NCBI GenBank assembly: GCA_002716355.1
Contig: PBAU01000003.1
Location: forward strand, 270,001-302,000
Source of the DNA: a bacterium
GTDB lineage: Bacteria; UBP7; UBA6624
DNA length: 32,000 nucleotides
Direction of reading: 5' to 3'
Part shown: one piece after another, positions 1 to 9,709 of the stretch
Numbering within the stretch: position 1 is the first letter of the stretch
Layout of the letters: every line of letters starts with the position of its first letter
Program-made: the position numbers and the translations under genes
The notes under the pieces: model-generated
Told to the model about the DNA's origin: nothing
The model's input: the letters and a program-made list of their open reading frames with translations, nothing else
The model's database searches: none

Positions 1-606
1 AGTGGTCTTGGCTATGATGTTATGGGTCTTGTTGCTGGGCTTGGTATAGGAGGTCTTGCATTTGCACTTGCAGCAAAAGACACGCTTTCTCAAGCTTTTG
101 GAGGCATAGTCTTGTTCATGGATAGACCTTTCGAAGTTGGAGATTCAGTTGAGATAGATGGAGTTAGAGGGGATGTTGAAGAAATAGGATTAAGGTCAAC
201 TAAACTAAGAGGCTTAGATAAAACTGCAATAATAATACCAAATGCAACAGTCTCATCTGCAACAATAACCAATAGAAGCAGAAGGTCAGGATTTAGACAA
301 GAGGTTGTCTTGGGTCTTGTTTACAACACATCATTTGAGCTTATAGACAAAGCAAAGCAAACACTTGAAACGATAATAAAAAAACACCCTGAAACACAAG
401 ATAAGTGCTGGGTTAATCTTTTAGAGTTTGGTGACTCTTCACTAAACCTTGAAGTTGTTTACTGGATTAGAAAAAAATCGGGAGGTGATTTAAGAAAAGT
501 TAGGCATGAAGTAAACATGACAATACTTAAAGAATTTAATAATCTAAATCTTGAATTCGCCTTCCCAACAACAACAATTGACTGGAACCCTCCAAAAAAA
601 CCTTAA
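1..606 (+). CDS. MscS-family mechanosensitive ion channel, C-terminal part (5' end lies outside the window)
   Basis: Frame 1 is open from nt 1, so the ATG at 22 is internal. The stretch GLGIGGLAFALAAKDTLSQAFGGIVLFMDRPFEVGDSVEIDG..GDVEEIGLRSTKLR matches the MscS TM3 pore helix plus beta-domain pattern. Stop TAA at 604-606. Confidence 0.8.
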   Translation, partial: SGLGYDVMGLVAGLGIGGLAFALAAKDTLSQAFGGIVLFMDRPFEVGDSVEIDGVRGDVEEIGLRSTKLRGLDKTAIIIPNATVSSATITNRSRRSGFRQEVVLGLVYNTSFELIDKAKQTLETIIKKHPETQDKCWVNLLEFGDSSLNLEVVYWIRKKSGGDLRKVRHEVNMTILKEFNNLNLEFAFPTTTIDWNPPKKP

Positions 607-1256
607 TGAAATTATTTTTTGGATTATATTTTTTGCTTTTTACAATAGCCCCAAAAGAAGAGTCCTCTCTGGTGTTAAAGCCTTTAATAGAAGCTTATAT
701 TGAGTTTGAAGGCAAACCTCCAGTGAACTGTGAGGAGCTTAGGAAATCTCCTGCCTTTTTTATTACATTGAAAAATAACACAGGTCAAACCCTTGGTTGC
801 AAAAATTTAAAGTCAAAACCAATCGAAGGCGCTGGGGTTTCAAAATGGGGAATATTTAAAAGCAACAAAACAAAAACAATTAGTTATTTCTCAGAAAAAG
901 AAAAACTTTTCGAAAAGCCAGAAAGACAACAATGGGAAAAAATTCCATTGGGTCAATCTTTTGCTAGATTTTTAGGAAAGATAGAAAAAATATGGAGATT
1001 TGAAAAAAATAAAAACAACGCTAGGCTCCAGGATCTAAAATCATTTGGAGGAAATTTGTTAAGCAAGTCGATCCCCCATGGCATCTGGGACAATGGAACA
1101 TTAGGAGAAAGCTCAATAGAGGGAACTATAGAAGATGCGATATCTAGATTTGATAAAAACTTACCAGGCTGGATAATAGATATTAAAAATAATTGGGTTT
1201 ATGAAGTGAAAATCACCGATGAAAAAACAGAGATTTCATTTTTTTCCCTAGATTGA
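606..1256 (+). CDS. Hypothetical protein, 216 aa, with a hydrophobic N-terminal segment
   Basis: The ATG overlaps the upstream TAA by 1 nt (TAATG). The N-terminus MKLFFGLYFLLFTIAP looks like a signal or anchor segment. The ORF fills the whole gap between two well-supported genes. I recognise no confident family. Confidence 0.5.
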   Translation: MKLFFGLYFLLFTIAPKEESSLVLKPLIEAYIEFEGKPPVNCEELRKSPAFFITLKNNTGQTLGCKNLKSKPIEGAGVSKWGIFKSNKTKTISYFSEKEKLFEKPERQQWEKIPLGQSFARFLGKIEKIWRFEKNKNNARLQDLKSFGGNLLSKSIPHGIWDNGTLGESSIEGTIEDAISRFDKNLPGWIIDIKNNWVYEVKITDEKTEISFFSLD

Positions 1257-1259
1257 AAA

Positions 1260-2627
1260 ATGCTTAAAAAAGAAATCAAAAAACATATACCTGAAAAAAT
1301 ATTTGAACTTGATGATGTTTGGGTTGTTGGTGGTGCAATAAGGGAAGCTATATCAGATAAAAAAAATGTCATAACAGAAATTGATATAGCCTCAAGGCTA
1401 AAAAATAAAGAAAAACTAGAAAAAATATTTCGAAAAAAATATGGCAACTTTTACAAAATTAATAAAAAATTAAAAACTATAAGGTTTCAAAACAATGAAA
1501 TTAATATTGATATTACTTATTTTGACCAATCAATAAAAGATGACCTGTTAAGAAGGGATTTCAAGATGAATGCAATTGCATGGAATAGTAAAAAAGGTTT
1601 TTATGATCCCTTAAACGGATTGAATGATATAAAAAATAAAAAAATTTCAAGCTGCACACCTAGCTCAATAAAAGATGATCCGATTCGAATCCTTAGATCC
1701 TTAAGATTTGCAACAAAAAACAATTTTTCGTTAAGTGTTAGCTTGCAAAATGAAATAAAAAAATATAAATATTTATTAAAAAAATGCGCTGGGGAAAGAA
1801 TCCATCATGAAATAAAAAAAGGATTTGAGTTAAACCCTCATAGATTTGCAGAGCTGATAATAAAAACAAATATTTTAGAAATCATCTTCGAAGAATGGCA
1901 ATACACAAAAAACTGCAAAGCTAATCAAGATTCAAAAATGACTGTTGAAGAGCATTCACTAAAAACTTTAAAAAAATTTCAAGAAGTTGTACTTAATTTA
2001 GATTCTTATTATCCAAAATGGTCAAGGCACATAAAGAATGAAAAAAAATGTGAGTGGTGGTTTTATTTTTCAGTCTTGTTGCATGATGTTGGAAAACCAA
2101 AAACAGCAATTACTGAAGAGCAAAAAATCACATATCCAAAACATGCTCAAATTGGTTTTTCTTTAATAGAGAAAAACCTTCAAGAGCTAAGGTTTTCAAA
2201 TGAGGAAAAAAAAGGAATAGAGCAAACTATATCTGGACATTTGAGAGTTTCACAAATTTCAAACAATAATCAAAATCCAACAAAAAAAGCAATGAATAGA
2301 TTTTTCAAAACTTTCAAAGAAAATTCTATTTTCATGATATTGCTAGATTTTTCTGACGCAAATGCCTATCCAGAAAAAATAAAAAAACAAATATTGACAA
2401 AAGAACATTTAAAAATTCATGATATTCTTTTTGATGCATTTTTCCTCAAAAAAAATGAAATTTTGCCGGAGCCACTGCTTAACGGCTCAGATCTTATAGG
2501 TATAGGTTATCCCGAAGGCCCTTTAATAGGACAGACACTAAATAAAATAAAACATCTTCAAATCAATGATGAAATTACCAATCAAAAAGACGCTCTGGAA
2601 TATGCAACAAAGGAGCTAAACGCTTGA
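1260..2627 (+). CDS. cca: Class II tRNA nucleotidyltransferase (CCA-adding enzyme type) with a C-terminal HD domain
   Basis: Motifs present: GGAIRE (GGxVRD-like), EIDIA (DxD), RRDFKMNA (RRDFTINA-like), DPIRILRSLRFA, and the HD motif LLHDVGKP. I cannot distinguish CCA-adding from A-adding or poly(A) polymerase activity from sequence alone. Confidence 0.75.
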   Translation: MLKKEIKKHIPEKIFELDDVWVVGGAIREAISDKKNVITEIDIASRLKNKEKLEKIFRKKYGNFYKINKKLKTIRFQNNEINIDITYFDQSIKDDLLRRDFKMNAIAWNSKKGFYDPLNGLNDIKNKKISSCTPSSIKDDPIRILRSLRFATKNNFSLSVSLQNEIKKYKYLLKKCAGERIHHEIKKGFELNPHRFAELIIKTNILEIIFEEWQYTKNCKANQDSKMTVEEHSLKTLKKFQEVVLNLDSYYPKWSRHIKNEKKCEWWFYFSVLLHDVGKPKTAITEEQKITYPKHAQIGFSLIEKNLQELRFSNEEKKGIEQTISGHLRVSQISNNNQNPTKKAMNRFFKTFKENSIFMILLDFSDANAYPEKIKKQILTKEHLKIHDILFDAFFLKKNEILPEPLLNGSDLIGIGYPEGPLIGQTLNKIKHLQINDEITNQKDALEYATKELNA

Positions 2628-3511
2628 TGATAGAAGTTATTACTGGAATAATCCTTCTTGTTTTCGGTGGAGACATAGCTATCAATGCTGCAGATAAAAT
2701 TTCTAAAAAATTTGGAATATCAAACCTAACAATTGGTCTATCTTTAATTGCAATCATGACCAGTCTTCCAGAAGTCTTCACAAACATTGCAAGCGGTATG
2801 CAAAAAGAAGGAGATATAGCTTTAGGAAATGTTTATGGAAGCAATGCTTCTAATGCACTTCTAATAGGCGCAATAGCATTATTTTTTGGCACACATGAAA
2901 AAGAATATAAAAAAATTAGCAACTATCTTGCAATTGGGGCTCCACTATTGCTATACGTGTTTTGCTTAAATGCAGAAATAAGCCAAATTGAATCTTTTAT
3001 TTTGCTTTTAACATACATACTGTTTTCAAAAACATTATTTCCTGGTAAAAAAACAAAAACTAATCAAAAAGGAACAATGGGTTTGAAAATATTTGCTCAA
3101 ATAGCAATATCTATTTTTTTACTTTGGAAAGGTGGAGATATGGCTGTAAGTGGAGCAATAGATCTTTCTCAAAAATTTGGCTGGTCTGAAGTTTTCTCAG
3201 GTTTAATCCTTGGTTTTGGAACAAGCCTACCAGAGCTAACAGTAACTTTTGCTGCTGTTAAAAAAAACAATCTAGCTATCATATCTGGAAATTTAATTGG
3301 ATCAAATATTATTAATCCATTAGTTGCAATGCCTTTTTCTACGATTTCGGGAAATCTTCATATTTCAAATAATGAAAAAATGGCATGGTGGGCAATACTT
3401 GGAACAATTATTTACATTTTTGGAACAACCCAGAATAAAAAAAATAAAAAAATTATTGCAAGCCTTTCATTCTGTATGTTCTTATGGATTATCTTTTCTT
3501 ACTCAGGTTAA
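2627..3511 (+). CDS. CaCA-family cation/Ca2+ exchanger (YrbG-like)
   Basis: Two alpha-repeat signatures, GNVYGSNASN and GNLIGSNIIN, each preceded by SLPE(V/L). The protein is polytopic and hydrophobic. The ORF track starts at TTG 2624. I prefer ATG 2627, which overlaps the cca TGA by 1 nt. Confidence 0.8.
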   Translation: MIEVITGIILLVFGGDIAINAADKISKKFGISNLTIGLSLIAIMTSLPEVFTNIASGMQKEGDIALGNVYGSNASNALLIGAIALFFGTHEKEYKKISNYLAIGAPLLLYVFCLNAEISQIESFILLLTYILFSKTLFPGKKTKTNQKGTMGLKIFAQIAISIFLLWKGGDMAVSGAIDLSQKFGWSEVFSGLILGFGTSLPELTVTFAAVKKNNLAIISGNLIGSNIINPLVAMPFSTISGNLHISNNEKMAWWAILGTIIYIFGTTQNKKNKKIIASLSFCMFLWIIFSYSG

Positions 3512-3515
3512 AAAT

Positions 3516-3905
3516 TTAGTCTAATAAGCGATCCTGATATTCCTTTTTCTTTAAAGCAATTTCAAGTATCAATTCGGCTGATTTTTTATTCCTTTCATCA
3601 GTGTCAAGACTCCTATCAGTAGTCAGCCTTTCATCAACAAAAAAAACTTCAAAACCTCTCTTTTTTAACTTTTTAGCTATTGACTTAACATGTATCGACA
3701 TATCCGAATCACCACCGCTCATCCTCATAGGCAAACCAATTGCAATCAAGCTAACATCATTATCAACAGCTTCGCTACATATAAGATCAGAAGAAGAATC
3801 TAATATTCTTTTTGTCCAACTTTTTACTACAAATTTTTGACTTGAATCAGACAAAGCAAAACCATGAAACTTTGTACCAACATCACAAGAAATGATTTTT
3901 TTCAC
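3516..3905 (-). CDS. ruvX: YqgF/RuvX putative pre-16S rRNA nuclease / Holliday junction resolvase-like protein
   Basis: 129 aa. Motifs CDVGTKFHGFALSD, IAIGLPMRMSGGDS and VDERLTT fit the YqgF RNase H-like family. The GTG start overlaps the alaS stop by 4 nt. The alaS-ruvX order is a widely conserved arrangement. Confidence 0.8.
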   Translation of the reverse strand: MKKIISCDVGTKFHGFALSDSSQKFVVKSWTKRILDSSSDLICSEAVDNDVSLIAIGLPMRMSGGDSDMSIHVKSIAKKLKKRGFEVFFVDERLTTDRSLDTDERNKKSAELILEIALKKKEYQDRLLD

Positions 3906-6439
3906 TTTATATTTTCTTTAATAAATGTAATCGCTTGATCTATACCTTTTCTGTTTTTACCACCACCTTGAGAAAAGCTATCCCTTCCTCCTCCTCCTCC
4001 ATTTAAAAATGGTGAAACATTTTTTAAAATTTCAGATGCATTCAACCCTTGCTCTATCAATGATTTTGAAACAGAAATACAATAATTAAAACTCTCTTCT
4101 CTTGTGGTTAGAAATGCCAAAACAGGCTTTTTGCTATTTGAAAAAGACTTACCTAAATCAATAAGGATATCCTTGTCCACATTTTTATCAACAATAAAGG
4201 CAACATCTTTTACATCTTGTGAAGATATCATTAATTCATCATGATTTTTCTTAATTTTTAACTCGATTAAATTTTTATTTATTTTTCTCAAATCCTTTAA
4301 TTCTTTTTCAAGCAGCAAAACCTTGTTTTCAAATTTATCTTTATTTATGCTCCATTTGTTTGAAATTCTTTTTACTATGCTGTGAGAATTTGTAGCTAGA
4401 TCTTGAGACAAGGAACCAGTGAAAGCTTCGAACCTCTTAACACCTTGTGCAATAGATGAAAAATTTGAAATGATGAAAGATCCAATTTGACTAGTTTTTT
4501 CAACATGTGTCCCGCCACACAGCTCAATGCTGAAGTTCTCGCCTGATTCATCACCTATAGTCACAACTCTTACTTTTTCAGCGTCATACTTCTCACCAAA
4601 CAAAGCCATAGCACCAACAGAACGTGCTTCCTTTAAAGAAGAAAATGAAATGTTCACATTGCAATTAGAGGTTATCCATCCAGAAACCATCTTTTCAATC
4701 TTGGCAATATCAGAATCTGATACATTTTCATTCAAGGTAACATCAAATCTCAATCTATCATTTTCTACAAGGCTGCCTGCTTGTGTAACCGAGTCTCCAT
4801 AAAGCAATCTCAATGCAGCATGAAGCAAGTGAGTTGCTGTGTGAGCCCTTTCACAGCCATATCTATGACCCTTATCAATTTCTATCTTTAAAAAATCACC
4901 TATTTTAAATTCTCTATCAGCACTGCCTTCATGAATCAACTTACCCCTATCCCAAAAAGTTTTTTTTACATCTAGAACTAATTTGCCAGATTGATCTAAA
5001 AATTTACCTTTGTCTCCAATCTGCCCTCCACCCTCTGGATAAAAACAAGTTTTATCTACAATCATCCTGGTTACACCTTTTTTAAAAGAATAACTTTTAA
5101 CTTCAGACTTCAAAATATGGCCTTTTTCTCTAGAGGTTTGATAATTTTCTCCCTTGTAAACCCAAGCATCATTCTTTTTTGCCCTATCGGACTTAGACCT
5201 TTCTCTTTGACTCTTCATTCCTTCCTCAAAACCTTGGTAATCTATTTCAAAACCCTTCAATGAAGCTATATCTTCACAGATTTCTAATGGGAGGCCATAA
5301 GTATCATACATTTCAAAAAGAACTGAACCTGGAACTTTTCCGCCTTTTAAATCTATCAACCTTAGTTCAAATTCCTTTTCACCCCTGCCAACGGTTTTTC
5401 TAAAAAGCAACTCCTCTCCTTCGATTACACTAGAAATAAAATCTTTTTTTTCTTTAAGACCGTGATAAACATTTTCATAAAAAGATATAGAAGGAAGCAT
5501 GTCTTTAAGAAAAGGTTTGCCTATCCCTAATGTTCTTCCAGCCCTTATGGCTCTTCTTAAAATTCTCCTTAAAACATAACCTTTTCCTATATTGGAAGGC
5601 AGGACTCCATCTGCTACAAGAAATACAGAACTTTTCAAATGGTCTGCAATAATCCTTCTACTTTCTTCATTTTCACTTAAAGCTAGAGAATTTAAAAAAT
5701 CAAAAGAATCTTTAAATATGTCAGTATCAAAAACACTGCTTTTTCCCTGGATTGCAGCCGTAATTCTTTCAAGCCCCATTCCTGTATCTATATTTTGAGA
5801 AGGAAGTTTTTCAATCGTGCCATCTTTCAATTTATTTTCTGACATGAAAACTAAATTCCATATCTCCATAAACCTTTCAGAATTATCAGCTGGAGTTTTT
5901 CCTGGATCAAACTCTTCTCCAAAATCATAAAATATTTCTGAACACGGGCCACAAGGGCCAACTGAACCCATTGACCAAAAATTATCATCATCCAAAAAAA
6001 GTAATCTTTCCTTGGGGAATCCAATTTCTTTTATCCATATATCTGCTGCTTCAAAATCATCCTTATAAACGGTTGCCCATAAATTACAAGGATTCAAATT
6101 TAACTCTCTTAAAAGAAAATCCCAAGAAAACTCAATGGCTTGTTTTTTAAAATAATCGCCAATAGAAAAATTTCCCAGCATTTCAAAAAAAGTACAATGC
6201 CTAGGAGTTTTGCCAACAGAATCTATATCAATTGTTCTTATGCATTTCTGACAACTTGCCAATCTTTTATTTGAAGGTTCTTCTTCACCTAAAAAATAAG
6301 GTTTTAATGGAGCCATGCCAGCTGCGTTGAATAAAAGTGTTGGATCTCCACTTATTGGCAAAGGAGCGCTTTCAACAACAGAATGTCCATGATTTTTGAA
6401 ATATTTCAAAAATCTACTTCTTATTTCATGCGATTTCAT
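3902..6439 (-). CDS. alaS: Alanine--tRNA ligase
   Basis: 845 aa. The N-terminus is a class II catalytic core (MKSHEIRSRFLKYFKNHGH, FNAAGM, RHCTFFEMLGNFS). The editing domain carries the Zn motifs HTATHLLHAALR and CGGTHV. The C-terminal DHHA1-like stretch reads GGGGGRDSFSQGGG. Confidence 0.97.
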   Translation of the reverse strand: MKSHEIRSRFLKYFKNHGHSVVESAPLPISGDPTLLFNAAGMAPLKPYFLGEEEPSNKRLASCQKCIRTIDIDSVGKTPRHCTFFEMLGNFSIGDYFKKQAIEFSWDFLLRELNLNPCNLWATVYKDDFEAADIWIKEIGFPKERLLFLDDDNFWSMGSVGPCGPCSEIFYDFGEEFDPGKTPADNSERFMEIWNLVFMSENKLKDGTIEKLPSQNIDTGMGLERITAAIQGKSSVFDTDIFKDSFDFLNSLALSENEESRRIIADHLKSSVFLVADGVLPSNIGKGYVLRRILRRAIRAGRTLGIGKPFLKDMLPSISFYENVYHGLKEKKDFISSVIEGEELLFRKTVGRGEKEFELRLIDLKGGKVPGSVLFEMYDTYGLPLEICEDIASLKGFEIDYQGFEEGMKSQRERSKSDRAKKNDAWVYKGENYQTSREKGHILKSEVKSYSFKKGVTRMIVDKTCFYPEGGGQIGDKGKFLDQSGKLVLDVKKTFWDRGKLIHEGSADREFKIGDFLKIEIDKGHRYGCERAHTATHLLHAALRLLYGDSVTQAGSLVENDRLRFDVTLNENVSDSDIAKIEKMVSGWITSNCNVNISFSSLKEARSVGAMALFGEKYDAEKVRVVTIGDESGENFSIELCGGTHVEKTSQIGSFIISNFSSIAQGVKRFEAFTGSLSQDLATNSHSIVKRISNKWSINKDKFENKVLLLEKELKDLRKINKNLIELKIKKNHDELMISSQDVKDVAFIVDKNVDKDILIDLGKSFSNSKKPVLAFLTTREESFNYCISVSKSLIEQGLNASEILKNVSPFLNGGGGGRDSFSQGGGKNRKGIDQAITFIKENIK

Positions 6440-6450
6440 TAATTATTATT

Positions 6451-8007
6451 TTAGATTTGATAATTGAAATTCAATACAGATGAACCATCTAGACCAGCCC
6501 TTCTTGCTTGATTTACAGCCATTTTCATAAAATCTAACTGCTTTATCGAATGAGCATCTGTGTTCAAAGATAACTTTACACCTGCTTTACTTGCATTTTT
6601 AGCAATGCTTGAATCAACATCCAATCTTTCAGGGTTTCCATTAATCTCAAGAGCAACATCTTTTTCTAGAAGCCTTGGAAAGACTTTATCCCAATCAACA
6701 TAATAACCTTCTCTGGTTAATAATTTTCTTCCTGTTGAATGACCTAAAACATTAACATGTGGATTTTCAAGAGCCTTCAATATTCTTTCGGTTTGATCTC
6801 CATTTAAATTCTGATGAATGCTTGCAACAACCCAATCAAGCTTCTCTAAAACAGAATCATCATAGTCAAGAGATCCGTCATTTAAAATATCACATTCAGT
6901 TCCAGCAAAAACTTCCATATCCCAATTTTTATTTTTTATGTAAGACAACTGCTCAAATAAACTTTCTTCTTTCAACCCTCCTGCATAAGAAGCACTTTTG
7001 CTATGGTCGGTAATAGCTATCCTAGAGTAACCTTTTGCATGAGATGCACACACCATATCGTCTATTGAATCAAACCCATCACTCCAATTGGTATGCATAT
7101 GCATATCCAAATTTATATCATCAACATCCAAAAGTCTAGGAACGCCTTTTTTAAATTCAAGAGGGCTCCATATTCTTAACTCAGGCGGAATATAAGGATA
7201 TCCATTAAGCTTGTAGATTTCCTCTTCGGATTCGACTTCATGCAGCTTTAAATTGTCTAAATGTTCTTTTGTGGACGTTGTTTCAAGCCACCTCTTGCCA
7301 AAATCGTTCTTTCTCGAGATTGAAATTTTTACCAATCTGCCATTATGCGAAAACTCAACCTCTTGACCTTGAGCTCTACCTTTAAAAATGGAAGCAAGAT
7401 TACTAATGTTGAAATCAGAATCACAAACATGAATTAATTCAACACAATCTAAAATCTCATCACATCTTCTCAATCCACCAGTTGCTCTAAAATTAATATT
7501 CCTGTATTTATCTTGTATTTGTTCAAAAATATTCTGCCCTTCTGGTAATAAAAATTTGCCTTTATAGTTTTCATAAAATTTAATCCCTCTTCTTATGTTT
7601 TCATTTTGAGATTTGGAAAAAAAAGCCAAATCATTTTTAAAAATATTTTCTTTCAGCCTTTCGTAACTAAATATTTTTTCTTTAAATAATTTTTTCATAG
7701 ACCCAAGACCTATGCCTCGAATTTTTGACAACTCCCAAAAAGCAGTTGGTATTTTGTCATCCAACTCATCAAGCTCTTCAAGTCTTCCTGTTTTTTTTAT
7801 TTCTGATATTTTTTTTGCTATTGAAGGGCCAATTCCTGGAATTTTCTGATAATCATCTATAAGCTGAATTGAATCATTTAAATTAGCTAAAACATTTGAA
7901 GCTTTTCGTATTGCTGAAACTTTGAAAGGATTGCTTCCTGTTAACTCTTTTGCTTCAGCTAATCTAGATAAAATTTTAGATATCTTTACGTTCAAAAAAT
8001 CAGGCAT
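6451..8007 (-). CDS. Family X DNA polymerase-like protein fused to a PHP phosphoesterase domain
   Basis: Two helix-hairpin-helix motifs (IPGIGPSIAKKI, IRGIGLGSMKKL), a GGLRR palm motif and IPPELR. The C-terminal PHP domain carries DMHMHTNWSDG, ITDHS, GTECD, ASIHQ, LGHSTG and NTDAHS. See the finding on the degenerate polymerase active site. Confidence 0.85.
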   Translation of the reverse strand: MPDFLNVKISKILSRLAEAKELTGSNPFKVSAIRKASNVLANLNDSIQLIDDYQKIPGIGPSIAKKISEIKKTGRLEELDELDDKIPTAFWELSKIRGIGLGSMKKLFKEKIFSYERLKENIFKNDLAFFSKSQNENIRRGIKFYENYKGKFLLPEGQNIFEQIQDKYRNINFRATGGLRRCDEILDCVELIHVCDSDFNISNLASIFKGRAQGQEVEFSHNGRLVKISISRKNDFGKRWLETTSTKEHLDNLKLHEVESEEEIYKLNGYPYIPPELRIWSPLEFKKGVPRLLDVDDINLDMHMHTNWSDGFDSIDDMVCASHAKGYSRIAITDHSKSASYAGGLKEESLFEQLSYIKNKNWDMEVFAGTECDILNDGSLDYDDSVLEKLDWVVASIHQNLNGDQTERILKALENPHVNVLGHSTGRKLLTREGYYVDWDKVFPRLLEKDVALEINGNPERLDVDSSIAKNASKAGVKLSLNTDAHSIKQLDFMKMAVNQARRAGLDGSSVLNFNYQI

Positions 8008-8049
8008 AATGATTTAATTCTAAATTTACCCAAGTGTTTAACAACTAAA

Positions 8050-9696
8050 CTAAAAATCATCATCAGAAAGAATCCTGTAGTTAACACCTAATGAATCAAG
8101 TCTTTTCAAGCCAGCTTGCCATCTCTTCAAAAAGCTATCATAGTTTTTAAATTCTGGCAAAGTCCAAACTACTTCAGCCATTGCTGCAGATCTAGGAAAA
8201 GCCATATACATAAGCTTGTCCCAATCATAAATATATTCAGTCCATAAATTGCCTTGAGCTCCCAAAACTCTATCAAACTTGCTTTTATCCAATTCTTTGG
8301 GGATGGGATCAAATGAATAAACTTTTTTTAATGGAAGGTATCCACCAATTGCTTCAGGTTCATTCTCAGAAACGCCTTGATAGTAATCAAAATACGAATG
8401 AGAAGTTGGAGACATAACAATATCATGACCTTTGTTTGCTGCATCTATTCCGTATTGCCAATTTCTCCAAACCATCATTGCAGCATTTGGAGCCAAGCCT
8501 CCCTCTTGAATTTCATCCCAACCAATCAAACGTCGATTATTCTTATTTAAAAATGATTCTATTTTTGAAATATACCAGCTTTGCAAGCCATGCTCATCAA
8601 TCAATCCTTCTTTTTGAATAAACTCTTGAATTTCAGGGTTGTTTTTCCATGGACCCTTAGGAGCTTCATCTCCTCCAATATGTATAAATTCTGAGGGAAA
8701 AAGTTCCATAACCTCAGAAAGAACATCTTCTAGAAAAAGAAAAGTCTCTTCTTTTATGTTGTAAACCCCATCAGAAACACCCCATCTGGTCAACACTTCA
8801 GTTGGCCCATTAGGATTTCCAAGCTGTGGATAAGATGCAATTGCAGCAGAAGAATGTCCGGGGATTTCTATTTCGGGAACAATATTAATAAACATTTTTT
8901 CTGCGTACTTGACAACCTCTTTAATTTCATCCTGAGTGTAAAAACCACAATACTCAATTCCATCTCCAACATTTCTGTTTCCCCTTTGTGGGGATTCAGC
9001 TCTACAGCTTCCAAAGCTAGTCAACCTTGGCCATTTCTTAATCTGAATTCTCCAACCCTGATCTTCAGTTAAATGCCAATGAAAATTATTAAATTTATAT
9101 AAGGCCAAAAGATCTAAGAATTTTTTAACTTCTTCAACAGTAAAAAAATGTCTACCTACATCAAGATGCATTCCTCTCCATTTAAATCTTGGATAATCTT
9201 CAATAATTAAACCTGGCAAATAACAGCTAGAAAAAGAACAGAACTCTGACTTTTCAGAATCAGAAAAGGGCAAAAGTTGTTTAATGGTTTGAAAAGCATA
9301 AAAAATTCCCTTTACAGAATTAGCTAAAATTTTCACATGTTTTGAACTTACATCAAGTAAATATCCTTCTTCTCCGAGCAATGGATCATCAAGGTCGTCT
9401 GCAATATAAACATACTTTTTACTATTATCAAAATTTAAAAAATTTGCAATCTTATCTTTTTTGAGGTGACTTTGCACAAAATGAAAATTTGCTTCACTGT
9501 CAGCGTTCACCATTGTCAAAAATTGATTCAAAAGCTCATGTGAATTTTCCCTAGATAAAGAATGAAGAAATTGAACATCCTCATCAAAATAAAAAATCTG
9601 GTCAGTCATTGTTATATTGTTCGGTTGAGGAATTATTGAAACTTGCTGTTTGTCCATTTCAAACAAAAAAAGAAAATAAAGAAAAATTGAATACAT
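8050..9696 (-). CDS. Beta-N-acetylhexosaminidase, glycoside hydrolase family 20
   Basis: The N-terminal GH20b-like start is IIPQP. The catalytic TIM barrel shows RGMHLDVGRHFF, FNNFHWHLTEDQGWR, EIEIPGHS and HIGGDE (the catalytic D-E pair). An AGAGG Shine-Dalgarno motif lies 8 nt upstream of the ATG at 9696. Confidence 0.9.
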   Translation of the reverse strand: MYSIFLYFLFLFEMDKQQVSIIPQPNNITMTDQIFYFDEDVQFLHSLSRENSHELLNQFLTMVNADSEANFHFVQSHLKKDKIANFLNFDNSKKYVYIADDLDDPLLGEEGYLLDVSSKHVKILANSVKGIFYAFQTIKQLLPFSDSEKSEFCSFSSCYLPGLIIEDYPRFKWRGMHLDVGRHFFTVEEVKKFLDLLALYKFNNFHWHLTEDQGWRIQIKKWPRLTSFGSCRAESPQRGNRNVGDGIEYCGFYTQDEIKEVVKYAEKMFINIVPEIEIPGHSSAAIASYPQLGNPNGPTEVLTRWGVSDGVYNIKEETFLFLEDVLSEVMELFPSEFIHIGGDEAPKGPWKNNPEIQEFIQKEGLIDEHGLQSWYISKIESFLNKNNRRLIGWDEIQEGGLAPNAAMMVWRNWQYGIDAANKGHDIVMSPTSHSYFDYYQGVSENEPEAIGGYLPLKKVYSFDPIPKELDKSKFDRVLGAQGNLWTEYIYDWDKLMYMAFPRSAAMAEVVWTLPEFKNYDSFLKRWQAGLKRLDSLGVNYRILSDDDF

Positions 9697-9704
9697 ATAA
9701 AATA

Positions 9705-9709
9705 CCTCT
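9705..9709 (-). promoter_or_regulatory. Shine-Dalgarno-like AGAGG upstream of the GH20 start codon
   Basis: The reverse complement of 9697-9710 reads AAGAGGTATTTTAT and is followed directly by ATG. Confidence 0.4.

Noticed and set aside
606-1256. The N-terminal approximately 40 aa after the hydrophobic segment (LIEAYIEFEGKPPVNCEELRKSPAFFITLKNNTGQTLGC) resembles the start of AMMECR1-family proteins (..AIE.YL..GK.P...L..KRGVFVTL....LRGCIG).
   Set aside because: The resemblance stops there. The LRGCIG motif is only TLGCKN, no DPRF-type downstream motif is present, and the protein has a signal-like N-terminus. That is too weak for a family call without a profile search.
3324-3524. A 66-aa plus-strand ORF overlaps the 3' end of the CaCA gene in another frame and runs into ruvX.
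   Set aside because: It is fully embedded in two supported genes, its product is basic and low-complexity, and it has no ribosome-binding site. It is likely spurious.
3503-3537. An inverted repeat TCAGG ... CCTGA spans the 4-nt gap between the convergent CaCA and ruvX genes, and I considered it as a possible bidirectional terminator.
   Set aside because: The stem is only 5 bp with a loop of about 25 nt, it is not GC-rich, and there is no flanking U-tract logic. That is not credible as an intrinsic terminator.
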